Source of the DNA: Macrostomum lignano | Lineage: Eukaryota | Assembly (NCBI GenBank): GCA_002269645.1 | Contig: NIVC01002183.1 | Location: 131,181 to 195,180 of the forward strand | Reading direction: 5' to 3' | Length of the DNA stretch: 64,000 nt | In this document: positions 1-12,429 of the stretch, piece after piece | How positions within the stretch are numbered: the first letter of the stretch is position 1 | Layout of the letters: every line of letters begins with the position of its first letter | The notes under the pieces: generated by a model | Told to the model about the DNA's origin: nothing | What the model saw: only the letters and a program-made list of their open reading frames with translations | The model's database searches: none | Translations under genes and position numbers: made by a program

Positions 1-460
1 GGTAGTGAGTGGAGAGGAGAGGTAGTGAGTGAAGAGGAGAGGTAGTGAGTGGAGAGGAGAGGTAGTGGGAGAAGAGAGGCAGTAGGAGAAGAGAGGAGAG
101 GTAGTGAGTGGAGAGGAGAGGTAGTGAGAGGATAGGAGAGGTAGTGAGTGGAGAGGAGAGGTAGTGAGTGGAGAGGAGAGGTAGTGGGAGAAGAGAGGCA
201 GTAGGAGAAGAGAGGAGAGGTAGTGAGTGGAGAGGAGAGGTAGTGAGTGAAGAGGAGAGGTAGTGAGTGGAGAGGAGAGGTAGTGAGTGGAGAGGAGAGG
301 TAGTGGGAGAAGAGAGGCAGTAGGAGAAGAGAGGAGAGGTAGTGAGTGAAGAGGAGAGGTAGTGAGTGGAGAGGAGAGGTAGTGAGTGGAGAGGAGAGGT
401 AGTGAGTGGATAGGAGAGGTAGTGAGTGGAGAGGAGAGGTAGTGAGTGGAGAGGAGATGT
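1..460. repeat. 20-bp purine-rich minisatellite (GGTAGTGAGTGGAGAGGAGA)n
   Basis: Unit is directly visible and repeated about 20 times with minor variants; it runs off the window start. Confidence 0.95.
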
Positions 461-984
461 AGAGGGAGGAGAGAGGAAAGAAGGGGCTTACGGATGGGGA
501 GAGGGAGATGCAGGGGTGAGAGAGACCTGAGGAGATATACAGGAGAGAAAGGCGAATAGAAGACGGGACCAAGGGCAGACAACAAGAGGACAAGAAATGA
601 ATGGAAACACTTGCATCAGTACCCGTGCATGTCGGGAACTGCAGGGCCAGCAGCCACTGCTGAATCAGCTGCAGTAATTGAAGGACTCTCAGCGGGGGTT
701 CCCAGGTTCGCCAGATTGACTTCTGTCACTATTCTCTAATTGCTACTGTATAGCAGTGCACCTAATTAATATTATTATTAGTCACCAGTGCGCCAAGCCC
801 TATTTTATATTCTGTCTGTATTGTGCCAATCAGTGTGTAAACTAATCTTTGATTAATGTATAATAAATGGTTTCCGTGATCATCTGCACACTGTCATTTA
901 ACTTAATTGTAGTTGACATGCCGAGTGAGTTAGCTGGGGTAAAGCTGTAGTTACAAGAGTTGCCCATTTTAGCGCAAGGCTTTA

Positions 985-1560
985 TGGAGAGAGGGTAGGG
1001 CTCTAGGGGGAGAGGGTAGGGGCTCTAGGGAGAGAGGGTAGGGCTCTAGGGAGAGAGGGTAGGGCTCTAGGGAGAGAGGGTAGGGCTCTAGGGAGAGAGG
1101 GTAGGGCTCTAGGGGGAGAGGGTAGGGGCTCTAGGGAGAGAGGGTAGGGCTCTAGGGGGAGAGGGTAGTGGCTCTAGGGAGAGAGGGTAGGGGCTCTAGG
1201 GAGAGAGGGTAGGGCTCTAGGGGGAGAGGGTAGGGGCTCTAGGGAGAGAGGGTAGGGGCTCTAGGGAGAGAGGGTAGGGGCTCTAGGGGGAGAGGGTAGG
1301 GGCTCTAGGGAGAGAGGGTAGGGCTCTAGGGAGAGAGGGTAGGGGCTCTAGATAGAGAGGGTAGGGGCTCTAGGGAGAGAGGGTAGGGGCCTTATGGAGA
1401 GAGGGTAGGGTCTCTAGGGAGAGAGGGTAGGGGCTTTAGGGAAAGAGAGTAGAGGCTATAGGGAGAGAGGGTAGGGGCCCTATGGAGAGAGGGTAGGGTC
1501 TCTAGGGAGAGAGGGTAGGGGCTTTAGGGAAAGAGAGTAGAGGCTATAGGGAGAGAGGGT
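985..1560. repeat. 21-23-bp G-rich minisatellite (GGGAGAGAGGGTAGGG(G)CTCTA)n
   Basis: About 26 tandem units, each with three GGG runs. Confidence 0.95.
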
Positions 1561-1996
1561 AACGCTACTAGTAAAAATTTGAAGAAAAGGGGAATTTAAA
1601 GCCAGCAGCAGCCGACCGCTTTGTCCTCGCGGCAGGGGTGGCTTCGGCCCTGATGACATTTTCCTTCTGCTAGGAGCTGTTTAAAACTCCCATCGTCTAT
1701 TTGTTCGGTTTTTTCCCTGTCTTTAAGCTTCTCAATCGTTAACTGCCTCGTCTCTCTCTTCTCCTTCTCTTTCTTTCTCGCGCACAAAAGAAACAAAAGA
1801 ATTTATGTTGAGTTTCGCCGTGGGGTGCAAGGGAAGGCAGCAGCAGGCCATGCTGAAGTTGATTTGCTTGTGCAGAAATACTAAAGACAGTTGTGCAGCT
1901 CTCCCAGAGTCAGTTGAGGTCACTGCTCGTATGGTGAATAGTTCTTATATTACAATAATTCACTCTTGTAAGCTGCTGTCAGTGTGGTGTTTCAAA

Positions 1997-2137
1997 CATC
2001 TAAGGGATATGGCAGACTCATCTATGGGATATGGCAGACTCATCTAAGGGATATGGCAGACTCATCTATGGGATATGGCAGACTCATCTATGGGATATGA
2101 TAGACTCATCTATCGGATATGACAGACTCATCTATGG
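1997..2137. repeat. 22-bp tandem repeat (GGGATATGGCAGACTCATCTAT)n, about 6 copies
   Basis: Direct inspection. Confidence 0.9.
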
Positions 2138-2172
2138 GTTATTGAACGCACATGTAACAGCAGAACTCGAGT

Positions 2173-2985
2173 AGGGAGACACAGATACTCCATTGGGGAG
2201 ACACAGAGACTCCAGTGGGGAGACACAGACACTCCAGTGGGGAGACACAGACACCCCAGTGGAGAGACACAGACACTCCAGTGGGAGACACAGACCCCAG
2301 TAGAGACACAGACACTCCAGTGGGGAGATACAGACACTCCAGTGGGGAGACACTCCAGTGGGAGACACAGACACTCCAGTGGAGAGACACAGACACTCCA
2401 GTGGGAGACACAGACACCCTAGTGGGGAGACACTCTAGTGGGAGACACAGACACTCCAGTGGAGAGACACAGAGACTCCAGTGGAGAGACACAGACACTC
2501 CAGTGGGGAGACACTCTAGTGGGAGACACAGACACTCCAGTGGGGAGACACTCTAGTGGGAGACACAGACACTCCAGTGGGGAGACACTCTAGTGGGAGA
2601 CACAGACACTCCAGTGGAGAGACACAGAGACTCCAGTGGGGAGACACAGACACTCCAGTGGGGAGACACAGACACTCCAGTGGGGAGACACTCTAGTGGG
2701 AGACACAGACACTCCAGTGGGGAGACACTCTAGTGGGAGACACAGACACTCCAGTGGAGAGACACAGAGACTCCAGTGGGGAGACACAGACACTCCAGTG
2801 GGGAGACACAGACACTCCAGTGGGAGACACAGACACTCCAGTGGGGAGACACAGACACTCCAGTGGGGAGACACAGACACTCCAGTGGGAGACACAGACA
2901 CTCCACTGGGAGACACAGACACTCCAGTGGGAGACACAGACACTCCAGTGGGGAGACACAGACACCCTAGTGGGGAGACACAGAC
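2173..2985. repeat. 22-23-bp minisatellite (GGGAGACACAGACACTCCAGTG)n with shorter variant units
   Basis: About 35 tandem units with no unique spacers; it explains the repetitive ORFs at 2128-3052. Confidence 0.95.
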
Positions 2986-3041
2986 ACACGCTCTGTAATG
3001 GTAGACACAACAAAGGAATGGTAGACACACTGTAATGGCAT

Positions 3042-3656
3042 CTATTCTTCATCAGATGCTGACAAAGTCTGTTTCCTGAGACTCACCGGAGAGCTGCCAG
3101 TCAGAGAGCACCGGTCAACGCTGCGAGACCGGCTGTGCTTTTGCTGCTGCAACCGTCTGCCAACAAGCTTGAACTTCGACAAAGCAGCGGACGAAGCTGA
3201 CGATGACGACGGCGACGAGCTCGTCGAAGACTTTGACGATTTCGTAGAATTCGACGATTTCGATGACGACTTGGAAGATTTCGACGAAATTGACGAGGCC
3301 GCTTCCACAACGGCGCCGCTGTCAGTCGTGGTGGCGGCCGACACCACTGAGGCGAGCTCCGTCAGAGACCCGCCGCCGCCGCCTCCGCCGCCTCCGCCGC
3401 CGCTGTTGCTGCCGCAGCGACTCGACTGAGCCGTCGAGTTGAAGAGCGACGCCAGACGAAGCCCGCGACCGAACCGGCGAAGAGACACGGCTGGCGACGA
3501 GGCCGAGGCGGCAGCGGCAGGAGTTGTGCTTTGCTCGGAGGTATTCGAAGCCGGTGGGTGCTCGAGGCCGACCTGATCGGGGCAGGCTTGGCTGCCTGCC
3601 TGGCCAGCTGGAGCGGGTGAGCTGCCGCTGGCCCACTTCAGCATGATGCGGTGTAG
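3042..3656 (-). CDS. Putative host coding exon, Ser/Ala/Gly-rich low-complexity protein of unknown function
   Basis: GC-rich 200-codon ORF with poly-G and poly-S tracts, ending in TAG at 3042. A possible acceptor CTGACAG lies just upstream (about 3657), and the frame is closed by TGA at 3660-3662. No recognisable domain. Confidence 0.4.
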   Translation of the reverse strand, partial: LHRIMLKWASGSSPAPAGQAGSQACPDQVGLEHPPASNTSEQSTTPAAAASASSPAVSLRRFGRGLRLASLFNSTAQSSRCGSNSGGGGGGGGGGGSLTELASVVSAATTTDSGAVVEAASSISSKSSKSSSKSSNSTKSSKSSTSSSPSSSSASSAALSKFKLVGRRLQQQKHSRSRSVDRCSLTGSSPVSLRKQTLSASDEE

Positions 3657-4893
3657 CTGTCAGCCTGGCTGCGTGTGCCAACGCCCGGGGGTGAGTCAGG
3701 AATCCAGCCTGGCGAACGCTCTGAGCAGCGGCAGGCAGCAGCAGGAGCAAATAGTGCTGTTTGCTCTGGCGGAATTGCCTCTCCTTACTCGAGCTGCTTG
3801 TGTTCCACCGATTGTTGCGTAATTGCCAGGTGCGTCAGAGAAGCAACTCTCCCTGGTCTGGTGTTCCTACTCAATGCAGAAGCTGGCTGCTCAGGCGGAG
3901 AGCTGCAGAAGGGAGCGTGGGAAGCCACGGGGGAAGTTTTGCTGCATTGAAAACCGTAGAGGCCGTGTAGGCTTTCCTAGAAATAGAAATGCAGCGGATG
4001 GCCTGTTTCTCTTCTCCTTCCTCACACCCGACTGACTGCCCCCGCTCTCTCCTCACTCTCTCCCCTTCTCTCCCCCCGGCCTTGGATTCGCTGGCTCGCA
4101 GCCAGCACGCGCTGCTTTGTCTATTTGGCCTTAGCAGCCGCAACACTGGCACGGATGCGGGCTCTTGGCTTGAAGAATGATATATATATATATTAATAGG
4201 CATTCAATGCAGCGAAATTGGGGACAGGAAAACGTCTGCTTATTCGGACTAATTCGGAAAAAGTTTATGAGTAACATTATCAAATAATATTAGCCACATG
4301 CCAAGAAATATAACGCTACTTAAGCATGCAAAATGCATTGCTGAGATAATTAAAATTGTCCAAGTTTACAGAAAGCGACTCAAATGAGACTTGCCGAAAT
4401 GAATTGGTAAGAAGAAAAAAACACACAGACAATTAGACCGGACCATATACTTGAGCTGCATTGTGCAATTCACTAATATTATTACATAATCGGCGGTCTA
4501 GCTTAGCAACACATAAAACTCTCTATGCTACCAACTCTATCTGTATATAGCAAATAGGTAAGGACGCCTAGGAACGTGTCTGCACAGAACTCGTCAGGCA
4601 GCGTCAGTTCTACGGCGCCAACTAAGCGCCAATAGCGACAATAAATCGCCACTTCAGAGAGGAATAGAGTGAGAGACAGAGGGTGAGCAAATCAATGAAG
4701 CAAGCTCCCATTGAATTATTTACCATTAGGGGAAAAGGGGACACATTTTCGGCCAGCTCCGCCCACTGCAGTAGCAGCTGACAGTATTGGAGAGTTTTGA
4801 CCAAGTTTTAAGCATTGTTTTTGAGCCGCGAAGCCCAGTTCACTTTCACTCCCTGAGTTGAGAGTTCTACTGTGCGTTTATATGGACACGATA

Positions 4894-5366
4894 CTGTGAG
4901 CTCTGTGAACTGTGAGATCTGTGAACTGTGAGCTCTGTGAACTGTGAGATCTGTGAACTGTGAGCTCTGTGAGCTCTGTGAACTGTGAGCTCTGTGAACT
5001 GTGAGCTCTGTGAGCTCTGTGAACTGTGAGCTCTGTGAACTGTGAGCTCTGTGAGCTCTGTGAACTGTGAGCTCTGTGAACTGTGAGATCTGTGAACTGT
5101 GAGCTCTGTGAACTGTGAGATCTGTGAACTGTGAGCTCTGTGAACTGTGAGATCTGTGAACTGTGAGCTCTGTGAACTGTGAGATCTGTGAACTGTGAGA
5201 TCTGTGAACTGTGAGCTCTGTGAACTGTAAGATCTGTGAACTGTGAGCTCTGTGAACTGTGAGATCTGTGAACTGTGAGCTCTGTGAACTGTGAGATCTG
5301 TGAACTGTGAGCTCTGTGAACTGTGAGCTCTGTGAACTGTGAGCTCTGTGAACTGTGAGCTCTGTG
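4894..5366. repeat. 16-bp minisatellite (TGTGAGCTCTGTGAAC)n with TGTGAGATC variants
   Basis: About 29 tandem units; the ORF at 4808-5386 is a by-product. Confidence 0.95.
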
Positions 5367-5429
5367 TGATTCCTCAAATATCTCAATCTCCGTCTGACCC
5401 TTTACTCTTCATTCTTTGATATTCAGAAT

Positions 5430-5727
5430 ATTTTTCATTACATGTGCCCCAATGTGCAGATATGCGACCGACAGCTCAGCCGCAGCTATTGCGCGGCGCA
5501 TCTGAAGGCTGCGTACGGCTGTTCAGTCCAAGAACTGGGGAGGGGGTCGCCACACACACTCAATTACTCCAGCTAATGCTGGCACCCATTTTCCAGCTGG
5601 GTGAACTGAAGCAATGCAGAGTTAAGTGTCTTGCTCAAGGACACAAATTGTCCTAAGTGGGTCGAGAATCGAACCCCAGACCTTTCAGTTGTGAGACCGA
5701 CGCTCTGACCACTAGGCTACAACCCCT
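5430..5727 (-). mobile_element. tRNA(Val)-derived SINE with CORE-like domain
   Basis: Minus-strand head GGGTTGTAGCCTAGTGG (A box)...CTCACAA loop...GGTTCGATTC (B box) at 5659-5726. It is followed by TGTGTCCTTGAGCAAGACACTTAAC, which resembles the CORE-SINE central motif. The 3' boundary is approximate. Confidence 0.8.
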
Positions 5728-6532
5728 TCGATCGGAATGCATTGAGGTTTGATTTTGTAAATTTAGTGTTAAGAAGGTAAAAACTCCCGTCTCGCTGATG
5801 CTTTGGGGAGCCTACATAGTGTTGCGGAAACAGGCCTCGATCGAAATTTACAGCGTCCCCTCTGCTTGAATTGTTTCGTGTTGTTTACCTATTAGCTGAG
5901 CAGTGCTCAAATATGTATATATGCGATAAAAAACTTTATTGTCTGAATTCTCACACATTTCAGGCAAAAAAAGTGTTTATTGTTTTACTGCATTTGTTTT
6001 CGCCAAACTGTTCCAGAGTGCAATTTACTGGTAGTCGAGAATTCGTAGACGTCTGGTACGGACAGGGGCGATAGTTTGGGTGTTAACCCAGCTACTGCTG
6101 CCGACTGCACTACTAAACTCGGCTATTTTTAGAACAACTCTCGTAAAAGCTCGTATTTGTCGAACTTTTTACATATTTTAAATTGCTATTTTAGCCCTAA
6201 TGTGGGGTTTTACTGACTGAAATACATTTAGCTGTATCAGGGCTTATTTTGTACCGTAATATCTTTATAGTATATTTTATTTAAAATCGGCAAATTTTAG
6301 CATAAAACACTACTATAAGTAAAAATTCAATGCATTGAAACTTTTTAAAGTAACATTTTGAGAGAGATTTCCGTAACTGCAACGACCTAAGGAATTGGTT
6401 GTAGTCAAGGATTCTGAAGGAAGGATGTCCTACGCTTTATCACCATCGAAGATCAAGAACATGATGGCTGATCTTCAGAGAGCCAAAAGTTATGGTTTTG
6501 AGGTCAAGCAGGATATGTATAAGATAACAAAT

Positions 6533-6617
6533 AGAGTTGAGGGATGTATTTATTTTAGCACCGAGGGCCGAAGGCCGAAGGCCCGAGGGGTTTAAGAAAA
6601 ATACATCCCTCAACTCT
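6533..6617. other. Crypton terminal hairpin: 19-bp perfect arms around a GGGCC-GAA-GGCC(C) core
   Basis: AGAGTTGAGGGATGTATTT (6533-6551) is the reverse complement of 6599-6617. The same architecture occurs at 28463-28553. Confidence 0.85.
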
Positions 6618-6910
6618 GTGTCATCTCACTTAAATCCATATACTAGAAATGAAAATCTTGCTTGTTTGTTTGTACGAAATGCAACCCGCTAATTTATATA
6701 ACAGCTAGTAAGAAATCTCCGGGTTGTATTTAACTACAACCCGCAAATTGCCCATAGACATCAATACTGTATTGGGGGTGTGGGCGCGAAGCCATAGACA
6801 TATTTTATAAAGACAGACAGACGACAGATAAATAGCAGGAAAGCCTCACTGAAACAAATTTAACTTCAATTAATTGACTCAAGTTAATTTCACTTTAACT
6901 GAAACAAATA

Positions 6911-8075
6911 ATGGCAGAACTAAGACTTATTTTAAACCCGTTGGTTGATTATTCCAAAGACTACGTCGGAGACTATGATCCAAATGTGCTTACGATGGAC
7001 GATTTAGACCTACTGCTGGACGCTAGTGCAGATTTGCGGAACCCTACGCATTGCAAGAGATGCGATCGTCGCGTGAAGAACCTGGTCCATCAACGTTGCC
7101 AAAGGACTTGACTCTCGATATGGTTCGATCACTTAACGAGTCGACAAAGCCTGCCAATACCGCCAATCGAAACAAGTGGTCCGTTGGCGTCTATGATAGG
7201 TGGCGCTCTGGGCGTTCCAACGTGCTGTGCAAGAACTTAGCGATGATGAGCTAAACGAATACCTTCCTGTTTTCATTCACGAAATGACCCGTGCCGATGG
7301 GACTCAAAATCCGCCAAACACACTCGTGTCGATTGTTGATAGTCTGCAACAAACTATCTGCAAGGTGCGTAAAGTTGATTTCTTTCGCAATGAGCGATTC
7401 AGCATTGTGCGTGAAAGTCTGGACGCCGCCATGAAGATTGGGATAAGAAATGGCTTAGGACTAGCCAGGAAATCTGCTGAAGTTGTTGGCTACGAAGATG
7501 AGGAGAAACTTTGGGAGAAATTGTTTGGCGACAAAGATCCTACGAGTCTGATCAGAACTTTGTTTTATCTTAACGGCTTGCATTTTGCTCTACGTGGCGG
7601 TCAAGAACATAGTGCCCTGTGCATTTCGCAATTCAGTGTGCAAGAGCGAGAGGGACAGAAATGTCTTGTTTACCAAGAGATGGCCACGAAGACGAATGCT
7701 GGTGGATTGCGCGACACTCGCTTCAAACCAAAGGAAGTTCTTCACTTCGCCAATGCAGCCAATCCGGAACGTTGTCACGTTCGGCTTTTCGAGCTTTTTA
7801 AGAAAGTCAGGCCTAGCCAGAGTAATAGATTTTACCTTCTGCCGCTGAGGCAACCATCGGAGAAGCAATGGTACTCGAATCGTCCAATTGGCAAAAACAC
7901 CCTGGCAAAGTTTCTGCATGAATGTGCACTGAAGCCGAGATTTTGGGCCACAAGACTAATCATAGTCTACGCGCTACGTGTGCTACACGTCTTTACCAAG
8001 CTGGCATTGAAGAAGACCCGCAAATTTTCGTTTTCCAGTTATATTCATAATCTCGTTTTTTGTCATCCAGAATGA
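6911..8075 (+). pseudogene. Crypton family A tyrosine recombinase (DUF3504/ZMYM-like), frameshifted
   Basis: LNPLVDYSKDYVGDYDPNVL, LFYLNGLHFALRGGQEH, WYSNRPIGKNTL; co-linear with the intact ORF at 28871-30262. It is split over three frames and the C-terminal catalytic part is out of frame or truncated. Confidence 0.9.
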
Positions 8076-8945
8076 AATATAAAATATACAACCCGAAAAA
8101 ATACAAATTCTAGCTCGATGTTTTGTGTCTATGGTAAAATTACTCTCTTCCGGGCTGCGGTTATTATTTCAGCACTGCTGTTACACTTTACTTATGTCTT
8201 GCGTTGTGAAATTCGTTGAATTTGTATGCCTCACTTCTGACTACAAGTATCTGATAGAAATATCCAGATAAGTATAAGTTATTACCCGTTTATTCGTTTC
8301 TGTGGCAGGGAGCTAAGGCTGCGGATTTGGAAGCGAATTCAAAGCCTTAGCTCTCGGCCGTAGACTTGAATAAACGGGGAATAATATATTTATTCGTCAC
8401 TTCTCTATTGATGCTGTCTGTGGTTAAAAACACTAGAGAACATTACACTAACAGTGAAGCAAAGAGAGCTGTTTCTTCCTCACTTGGCTGGGCCGTGTCT
8501 ATGGTTCAATGCTTTTTTCATTTCTTTGGCCTGGTCCAAGTTTGGAAGAAATATATTCTTTCCGTTTCTTTCTGTCTATGGCCCAAAGTCCCCGGCTTCG
8601 AGCTTGCTTCTAAACCTCGGCTGCGCCTCGTCCAAGAAACGAGCTCTCAGCCGAGGAATTCGGGCCAAAGAAGGGAAGAAACGGAAAGAACTTATACTTC
8701 TTTTCGATTCCCTCTATTCATCAGCCATGGAAAACGTTGAAAATTGGTTTTATCTCGGTGCCGATTTTGAGCCACTGGATACTACAGAGCTTGAGGAGGC
8801 TTTGGATTTAGCCAATGAGATCTGTTCTGCTGAACCGAATGCGGCGTCTATGAATGAGCAGGACGTCTTTGATGCAATTGACGCAGTGACTCCAGTAACG
8901 ACGAAGAAGAAATGCGAATGGACGGTGTGGGGCAGTTTACATCTG

Positions 8946-9062
<117 letters not shown>

Positions 9063-9811
9063 TGGTCCGGCGCTATCACTGCCCCGTACAAGTACGTACA
9101 GCCAACCACTTCAATAATAGATTTATTACGTAATTAGTCATAGCCAAATATATTAGTCGGCCCTGCTAAGTGCAAGCGGGCCTTGAGTTATTTTTCATGC
9201 CTGCCTAGCACAATATCGCGGCATTGACTTTTCTACAGATGGTCAACACCTTCAGTGCCTGGCATGCACTGAAGAAGCAGCATTAGGCAAATGGGAGTGT
9301 GACGAACTTGATGGTTCTGAAAGATCTTAAAGACATGAGCAAGAGTGATCTAAACTATGTCCTGCGATTCTTCATGTTGAAAGTGCGTAATAAGAATGGT
9401 GAACGCTATTCTGCCTCGTCGCTAAAGGATTTCTTCAGCATGATTCAGTATTATATCGTGAATCAGTGCAAGCAGCCGTGGAGCCTGTGGAGGGACCAGG
9501 AGTTTGCTGACTCTAGACGCGCTTTGGATGCCTCTATGAATTTTAGCACGCGCGACGGCAAGGGCTCTGGACTCCGGTGGGCTGAGCCGATCCCGTCAAG
9601 TGTCGAAGACAAGCTATGGGCTACCGGCGTCCTAGGAGCCGACAGGCCGCTAGCCTGCACAAGACGTGTGCGACTACACTTAATGAGGCGGGAGTACAGC
9701 GTGCAGATATTGCACGTGTCACTGGGCACAGCAGCGCGGCTCTGGAACGATATATAGGGGTTTCGCTCTCCCAACAGAAACGACACAGCGCCATTCACTC
9801 TGGCTCTTGTC

Positions 9812-11423
9812 CAAAGAGTATTGAGGTCGCCTAGTATAGAGTGCCAATAAGGATGAAAATCTGAGGCCGATTTTTAGAATCCACCAACCCCCTCCGGTCA
9901 CCAAGCTTTTTGCTGTGGGTTGAGCACAGCAAACTTATTGCGAGCTTCACTTGTATTTTCGAGCGTAATTCAGTTCATTTTTGTCTATGGCTGTGTAGGC
10001 AGCTAACGGCTGCTTGAGCAAGTAGAGCTCGACTCTCTTAAACATAGTTAATAAAATTTGAGAAAAGCTGAGAGCCCAAGAGCTCCAAAAGAACTTAACA
10101 ATTCAAGAGCGGTCTTTGCGCATCACGGTCTCCAAAAGCATAATACGAAAAGCATAACACTTTTTAGTCTATGGCGCAAGTTGTGGCTAGAATGGTGTAC
10201 AAAGCCGATGCTCAGAAATATAAGACATTTCACACTTAGAAAATGCATGTATCAAATAAGCAAGACAACATCGCTCAGTCACCAGACTCAGTTGCCGTCG
10301 TCGATACACAACTCCGTAACAGCCATGCCATATAGCCCTTACGTCTGAACAACAACAGCCATGCCACTAAAGTGCGGTAGCTAATTGCAATAACTGCGTT
10401 TCTGATGCATCTGTATCCTTCTTTCGTCTGCCTTTCAAGGACGTCGATCGTCTGAGAGAGTGGCGAGCACGGGTGCCACTAAGATCTGCTGGAGATGTCA
10501 AATAGATGCGTGTCATCAACCATCAGAGATATTGTAATTCGACAAGCCTATCAGGATAAAAATGTTCTCAGTAAATATAAATCTTCTATTTTCGCGCTGG
10601 CAATGGACTTGCAACTCATTGACTCACTGACCTGCAACAGTTTAAGCAACAACCACGGACCGCAGCTAATTTCCTTCTTTGCCGAATTCTTTTTCCTCCT
10701 GCGTTCTACACGCATCGAAAAGGCCAGTCGCGACAAGCTACATGGTCTATCTGTGCGGAATCGGTTGCACAGAACAATAATCTTCATGAATTTTTAGATA
10801 TTCTTCTGGCGATCAAGGCTATGACTCCTCTCCTCTCTCACTTGACATGTTTGCTACATTACTTCCTGCTTATTTGCTCATAGTACTGTTTTCTTTCGCT
10901 CTGCCTGTTTCTCACTTATGCTTTTTGCTTTTCCCACTGCTGCACCTTCACTCTGCCTGTTTATCACTTATGCTTTTTGCTTTTCCCACTGCTGCACCTT
11001 CACTCTGCCTGTTTATCACTTATGCTTTTTGCTTTTCCCACTGCTGCACCTTCACTCTGCCTTAACATAAGGCGTTTATCACTTATGTTTTTGTCTTTCC
11101 GACTCTGCTGCAAAAATCCTGCTCAACTTCTTTTCTCCTTACACAATGCAATAAATGTACGTACAGTTACAGTATAGATACAGAAATAAAGTCTTGAGAA
11201 CGTTTTAAGCATACATGGTATTCGTCCAGCTACATTAGCTACTTGTATTTTTCTCATGCACTCTATGTATATTTCTGAGCATCGGCTTTGTACACCATTC
11301 TAGCCACAACTTGTGCCATAGACTAAAAAGCTTGGTGACCGGAGGGGTGGGTGGATTCTAAAAATCGGCTTCAGATTTTCATCCTTATTGGCACTCTATA
11401 CTAGGCGACCTCAATACTCTTTG
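9812..11423. mobile_element. Non-autonomous P-element-like MITE with 8-bp TSD
   Basis: Ends are CAAAGAGTATTGAGG...CCTCAATACTCTTTG. The TSD CTCTTGTC is at 9804-9811 and 11424-11431. TIRs are about 155 bp; the left copy is interrupted by about 250 bp (9912-10160). CANRG termini plus an 8-bp TSD fit the P superfamily. Confidence 0.85.
10900..11060. repeat. 52-bp tandem repeat x3 inside the MITE
   Basis: TCTGCCTGTTTATCACTTATGCTTTTTGCTTTTCCCACTGCTGCACCTTCAC repeated. Confidence 0.9.
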
Positions 11424-12429
11424 CTCTTGTCCGATGGTCGAGTCTACGTCTGTTTGCCTGACCTCGGCCATCTCGCCCCCATCTGACATAAATTTAGTCG
11501 CTGCTGCCTACGGAGACCAACCGGACGAATCAGCAGGCTCTGATTCGATCGCTTTTGTCAAGGGAGAATCTTCTGCGACGGTAGGGATGATGGGAACAAC
11601 TAAGAAAATGAAGATTAACATCTGTGGTGAAACGAACAGCGTGACCAATATATTCGAGTAGACTACGTTTGGCTGATCCGTATTGACAATATGGCTACTC
11701 TACATGCTCCCCTATTAAATTCATTATTAATTGCATTATAGTTTCCAAATAAAACTCGTTTCCACCTTTTATTGGCCCGCTTCTTTGGCCCGGTGCCTTT
11801 TTCTATGACTCGGCCAAAGAAAGAAATAAATGTGCGACCAAGTGGGGAATAAGTATAAGATAAAATCCCCCCCCCCCAGATTTGTTTTTTTGGCGTATAG
11901 AATGGTTGAGGAGGCCTAGAAGCGCAGTCCGAAGCCATTCTTTACGCCATAGACAGCAAATCTAGAGGGTGTTATCATATTTGAACCTAAGTGTGGCTCG
12001 GCCAGGCACTGTTCTGCACTAGCTGATTTCACGGCCCGGCCGTGAAATATTTCCTGACCCGGCCATAAAATAAAATGCGTTACATACAATAGACACTGGA
12101 CTGAGCCACACTGGGGATTAAACAGAGATAAAGGCTGGGGCACAGCAGAAAAGTTTTTCTAAGTTATTAGAACATTTATTATTAATTTGTCAATGGTGTT
12201 TGCTAGGCTGAATTGCCTGTTCGTGTGAGCATCACTAGAGAGGAGACTCTCGAGAGATATAGCAACCGATAAATGAAATAAAAGCTGAATCTGAGAGCTC
12301 GGCACCTGAGAGGTGAGAGGCCGAACTGACTTACAATCGAACAACTACGAGCTATCAATTGAGATTAGAGACGAGAAATGTTGCTAGGTATACTGTTGTT
12401 AGGCCTCAGTTCTAAACCAGACGTTCGAA

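Noticed and set aside
560-1923. Short minus-strand ORFs (e.g. 1596-1796) as further host exons
   Set aside because: Plausible splice sites exist but there is no recognisable domain; transcript data are needed.
2173-2985. CRISPR-like array
   Set aside because: Units abut each other with no unique spacers, there are no cas genes, and the context is eukaryotic; it is a minisatellite.
2128-3052. Repetitive ORFs (HWSVCVSP / GRHRHSS) and the similar ORF 4808-5386
   Set aside because: Open in several frames on both strands because the repeat units lack stops; no evidence of coding.
3169-3429. Acidic Asp/Glu-rich + strand ORF
   Set aside because: Antisense shadow of the Ser-rich minus-strand ORF; no independent support. 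Strand assignment of this exon remains uncertain.
5659-5726. Functional tRNA-Val gene
   Set aside because: Acceptor and T stems are mismatched and it is followed by a CORE-like SINE body.
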